Below are positions 61,625-64,000 of a stretch of 64,000 nt of DNA, piece by piece. This DNA is from Thermoplasmatales archaeon (GTDB lineage: Archaea; Thermoplasmatota; Thermoplasmata; Thermoplasmatales; Thermoplasmataceae): positions 96,001-160,000 of the forward strand of contig DAIDBH010000017.1 of the NCBI GenBank assembly GCA_027310185.1. The letters run 5' to 3'. The translations under genes and the position numbers were made by a program. The notes under the pieces are model-generated. The model was given only the letters and a program-made list of their open reading frames with translations, did no database searches and was not told where the DNA came from. The number at the start of each line of letters is the position of its first letter. Position 1 is the stretch's first letter.

Positions 61625-61662
61625 GTGTTCGCTCAAAACTTTGACAAATGCCGACCGATCCG
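61625..61662 (+). repeat. cassette/att site (diverged, 1-nt gap)
   Basis: GTGTTCGCTCAAAACTTTGA-CAAATGCCGACCGATCCG (32/39). Confidence 0.85.
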
Positions 61663-61673
61663 TTTTCATCAAG

Positions 61674-62081
61674 CTATATCTCAATAACTTGAATGTCAAG
61701 CTTTTTGCATTTATTATACAGTGTTTTGTCAAATGTGACTAAAGGTACTTTTCTCGAATGTGCATCATAAGCTATTATCCAGTCATTGAGATCTCTGAAA
61801 CTTAGCTTGTTTTCGACCATGAATGCGGATGCCTTCTCCATTATCTTTCCAGATAGCCATGAAACTGTGAAATATTCACTATGCAATAATTCGTCAATCT
61901 TAATTCTAACACTTTCATTATCTATTCCGTATCGGGGAAGCACAAAACCAAGTTCAACAATTGACAGTGAGTTCACTATGGGGTCTTCTGACCTATCGAT
62001 AAACTCTCTTGCACTTTCATGGTGTGGAGAATTCTCTATGGTATCATACACCAGAACATTTGTATCGACAAGCACCGTCAT
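61674..62081 (-). CDS. vapC: VapC PIN toxin
   Basis: VLVDTNVLVY, S..H, VEL, ND..I, LVTFD. Confidence 0.88.
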   Translation of the reverse strand: MTVLVDTNVLVYDTIENSPHHESAREFIDRSEDPIVNSLSIVELGFVLPRYGIDNESVRIKIDELLHSEYFTVSWLSGKIMEKASAFMVENKLSFRDLNDWIIAYDAHSRKVPLVTFDKTLYNKCKKLDIQVIEI

Positions 62082-62314
62082 TTGCTCATCTCTTCCCATC
62101 CCGCCCTTATCTCACTATCAGCATCCATGGATGAAAGCTTTTCTATTGCCCTGAAGGTTATTCGCCCTCTGCGTTTCCTTGTAGAGTTTACACTATTCCG
62201 GAGACGTTGGTTAATGATCTTTGACATATTCTTTGTGCTACCATACTTTTCTATAGATTCTCTGACGATTTCAGCGTAGATTTCTTCATCCAGGTTGATA
62301 GTGGTTTTTATCAT
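62078..62314 (-). CDS. VapB-type antitoxin
   Basis: KTTINLDEE.Y..IV.ES...YG.....SK.IN..LR; ATGA overlap with vapC. Confidence 0.75.
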   Translation of the reverse strand: MIKTTINLDEEIYAEIVRESIEKYGSTKNMSKIINQRLRNSVNSTRKRRGRITFRAIEKLSSMDADSEIRAGWEEMSK

Positions 62315-62700
62315 GAATGTGAATGGTAATACCATATAAACATTTAACGGTAAACTGTCAGTCTTTTAATTAATACGGTTCGCTTATCAAATGCACTATC
62401 TTTTTCGTCTGGAAATAATATTTCAAGAATTCGTGTGACATCCTATTCCAGCTTTCGCAGGGAGCTTCCCACTTCAAAGGTTGCTGGTGGAATCTCCATG
62501 AATTTGGAACCCCCTGTGTCCGAAGGCACTCTATCTTTCATGCTAAGCCATCTGACTTTACAGAAGCATGCACGATTGAAACAATATGCTGTCCGACCTT
62601 TTTCACTTCTGTTTGCGAACACACATCGCAATTTCCCTAAAAAGATAATAGTTTTCGCTACATTTCATCCCCATCTTGCAAAGGTGGAATTCCCGATCGC

Positions 62701-62736
62701 GTATGCTAAAACTTTAATCCAATCCCAACTGGTCCA
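62701..62736 (+). repeat. cassette/att site (diverged left arm)
   Basis: GTATGCTAAAACTTTAATCCAATCCCAACTGGTCCA. Confidence 0.85.
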
Positions 62737-62858
62737 TAAATACCTGTATTAAGAATTATTCTATCATATTTCATTAATAATCTTAATCCAACTTACTTTA
62801 TTGAACGCTTTATCGTGATTAAGAATTACTGGTGAATTGAATAACCATGTTCATCACT

Positions 62859-63059
62859 TTAACTTTCCGGAATAAGGTATACTAGACGAATGGCAATTAC
62901 AGTTGATATTAATCCAACAATGAAACCGATGTTGTAAATTGTGCCATCAGATGAGCCGAATGGGTATTGCAATATCCCAAGCCAGTTTAGCCAGATTGCA
63001 ACGAAGGATATTATAACAGCCGTAGTTATGAGTTTTTTTAGCGTCCTGGTTCTGACCAT
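62859..63059 (-). CDS. small two-helix membrane protein
   Basis: Two hydrophobic segments; TATA-like element about 25 bp upstream. Confidence 0.55.
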   Translation of the reverse strand: MVRTRTLKKLITTAVIISFVAIWLNWLGILQYPFGSSDGTIYNIGFIVGLISTVIAIRLVYLIPES

Positions 63060-63480
63060 GAATAAAAATTACTTAATCATATATAAAACTTATTAGTTAA
63101 TATAGGAAAATAGAATATAATTTCAACCCCATTAGTCCCATTTTTGAGTTAAAAACTTAAGCTAATAACATCCTCTTGTGTCCTGGTGATTTATGTTACA
63201 ATTTTCCTTATGAACATTGAAATGATAACAATAATTTTCTTTGATATTTCAATTCTATTTCTTTCTGTTCTTCTATATGAATGTCTAGACTGAGAAAAAG
63301 AAGTTCATCCCAATCTATTGATATTGAGCACAATATCTATTTTATGGCTTTTTGGACAAAAAGTCATTATGTACTTCTATGAATGGAGAAAATTTCTTAT
63401 ATTCACGACCTCAACTGCCAATGGAACTACTGGAACTATACTCATCTTTCAGATTTATTAAGTAGTCTAACGTGTACAGT

Positions 63481-64000
63481 TTAAAGAGGTAACTTTTTCC
63501 AGTCCATCAGGTCCTTATTATTCAGAGACCTGATTTCAAGTTTTTCAAGTAGATCCAGAAATAGGTCGTCCCTTATCTCCTTCCCGTAAACCTTGTCCAT
63601 AGAATGATGAAACAATGCTGATTTCAAAGCGCTTGTTGTAATGGCCGACTGAAGGCTTGTTGCATTGTCTGCATCACTCCTTATCTGTTTGGAGAAGTCT
63701 TTAGATATATCTTCCTTCTGCAGATCTTTCAGAAAATCGTCAACTATGTTTTCCAACTTCCTACTATTTTCTTCTGCCAGAACAACTCTGACCTTATATG
63801 TTGGTTCAAATTCTATCTTATCATCATTGACTTTAAACCATTTCAACGCATCTTTTTCAAAGAACACTTCTGAAATGATCTTCGCAACGTTCTTGGGATT
63901 TGAGAAGTCAACACCGCTTGTCAGATCGTATGTGACCAGCGATCCATCCTCTGATACTTTCCTCGAATTTTCAATACTTGACTTGATACTATCTTCCGTA
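63481..64000 (-). CDS. hypothetical protein, 5' end beyond window
   Basis: Frame stays open to the edge (...TEDSIKSSIENSRKVSEDGSLVTYDLTSGVDFSNPKNVAKIISEVFFEKD...). Confidence 0.7.
   Translation of the reverse strand, partial: TEDSIKSSIENSRKVSEDGSLVTYDLTSGVDFSNPKNVAKIISEVFFEKDALKWFKVNDDKIEFEPTYKVRVVLAEENSRKLENIVDDFLKDLQKEDISKDFSKQIRSDADNATSLQSAITTSALKSALFHHSMDKVYGKEIRDDLFLDLLEKLEIRSLNNKDLMDWKKLPL

Larger units (their letters stand above)
39588..64000. mobile_element. tRNA-Ala-anchored genomic island / array of gene cassettes separated by 39-bp direct repeats
   Basis: Repeated tRNA 3'-end-containing sites, accessory gene content (TA pairs, metal resistance, pseudogenes, IS relic); right boundary not reached. 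Confidence 0.85.

Noticed and set aside
62376-62400. CGGTTCGCTTATCAAATGCACTATC as a deleted cassette site
   Set aside because: Needs a ~9-nt deletion and lacks the CCGGTCCA end; too weak to support.
50977-62736. CRISPR array interpretation of the 39-bp repeats (they start GTATT/GTAAT)
   Set aside because: Spacers are 1-2.6 kb and contain whole genes, there are no cas genes, and the repeat ends in a tRNA 3' end.
62435-62752. 105-aa ORF and its 62-aa antisense ORF
   Set aside because: The longer one crosses the 62701 site; no recognisable family; treated as decayed DNA.

Overview
Chromosomal window from an acidophilic archaeon, most likely Thermoplasmatales (GatDE, PolB2 operon, short Hef, TRASH-type copper genes). 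Positions 1-39.4 kb are mostly core genes: a complex I operon (nuoABCDHIJ), gatDE, arcC, mqnD, a Grs-like radical SAM enzyme, cdc6, polB2, aroB/E/K/A, argS, rtcB, purN, rfcS and hef. A tRNA-Ala(CGC) at 39516-39587 marks an abrupt switch to accessory DNA. From there to the window end, a ~39-bp site (consensus GTATTCGCTTAAAACTTTAATCAAATCCCGACCGGTCCA) recurs in direct orientation at least 8 times, plus 1-2 decayed copies. Its last 19 bp equal the 3' end of the tRNA and its first 28 bp form an imperfect 11-6-11 palindrome. The sites divide the region into mostly 1-2.6 kb modules with no integrase. These carry 7 intact toxin-antitoxin pairs, ATPases and a MarR/SRPBCC pair, and one ~9.6 kb module carries copper/metal-resistance genes. 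The best interpretation is a tRNA-anchored, integron-like gene-cassette array in an archaeon. The recombinase is not in this window. All calls come from reading the sequence; no database searches were run.
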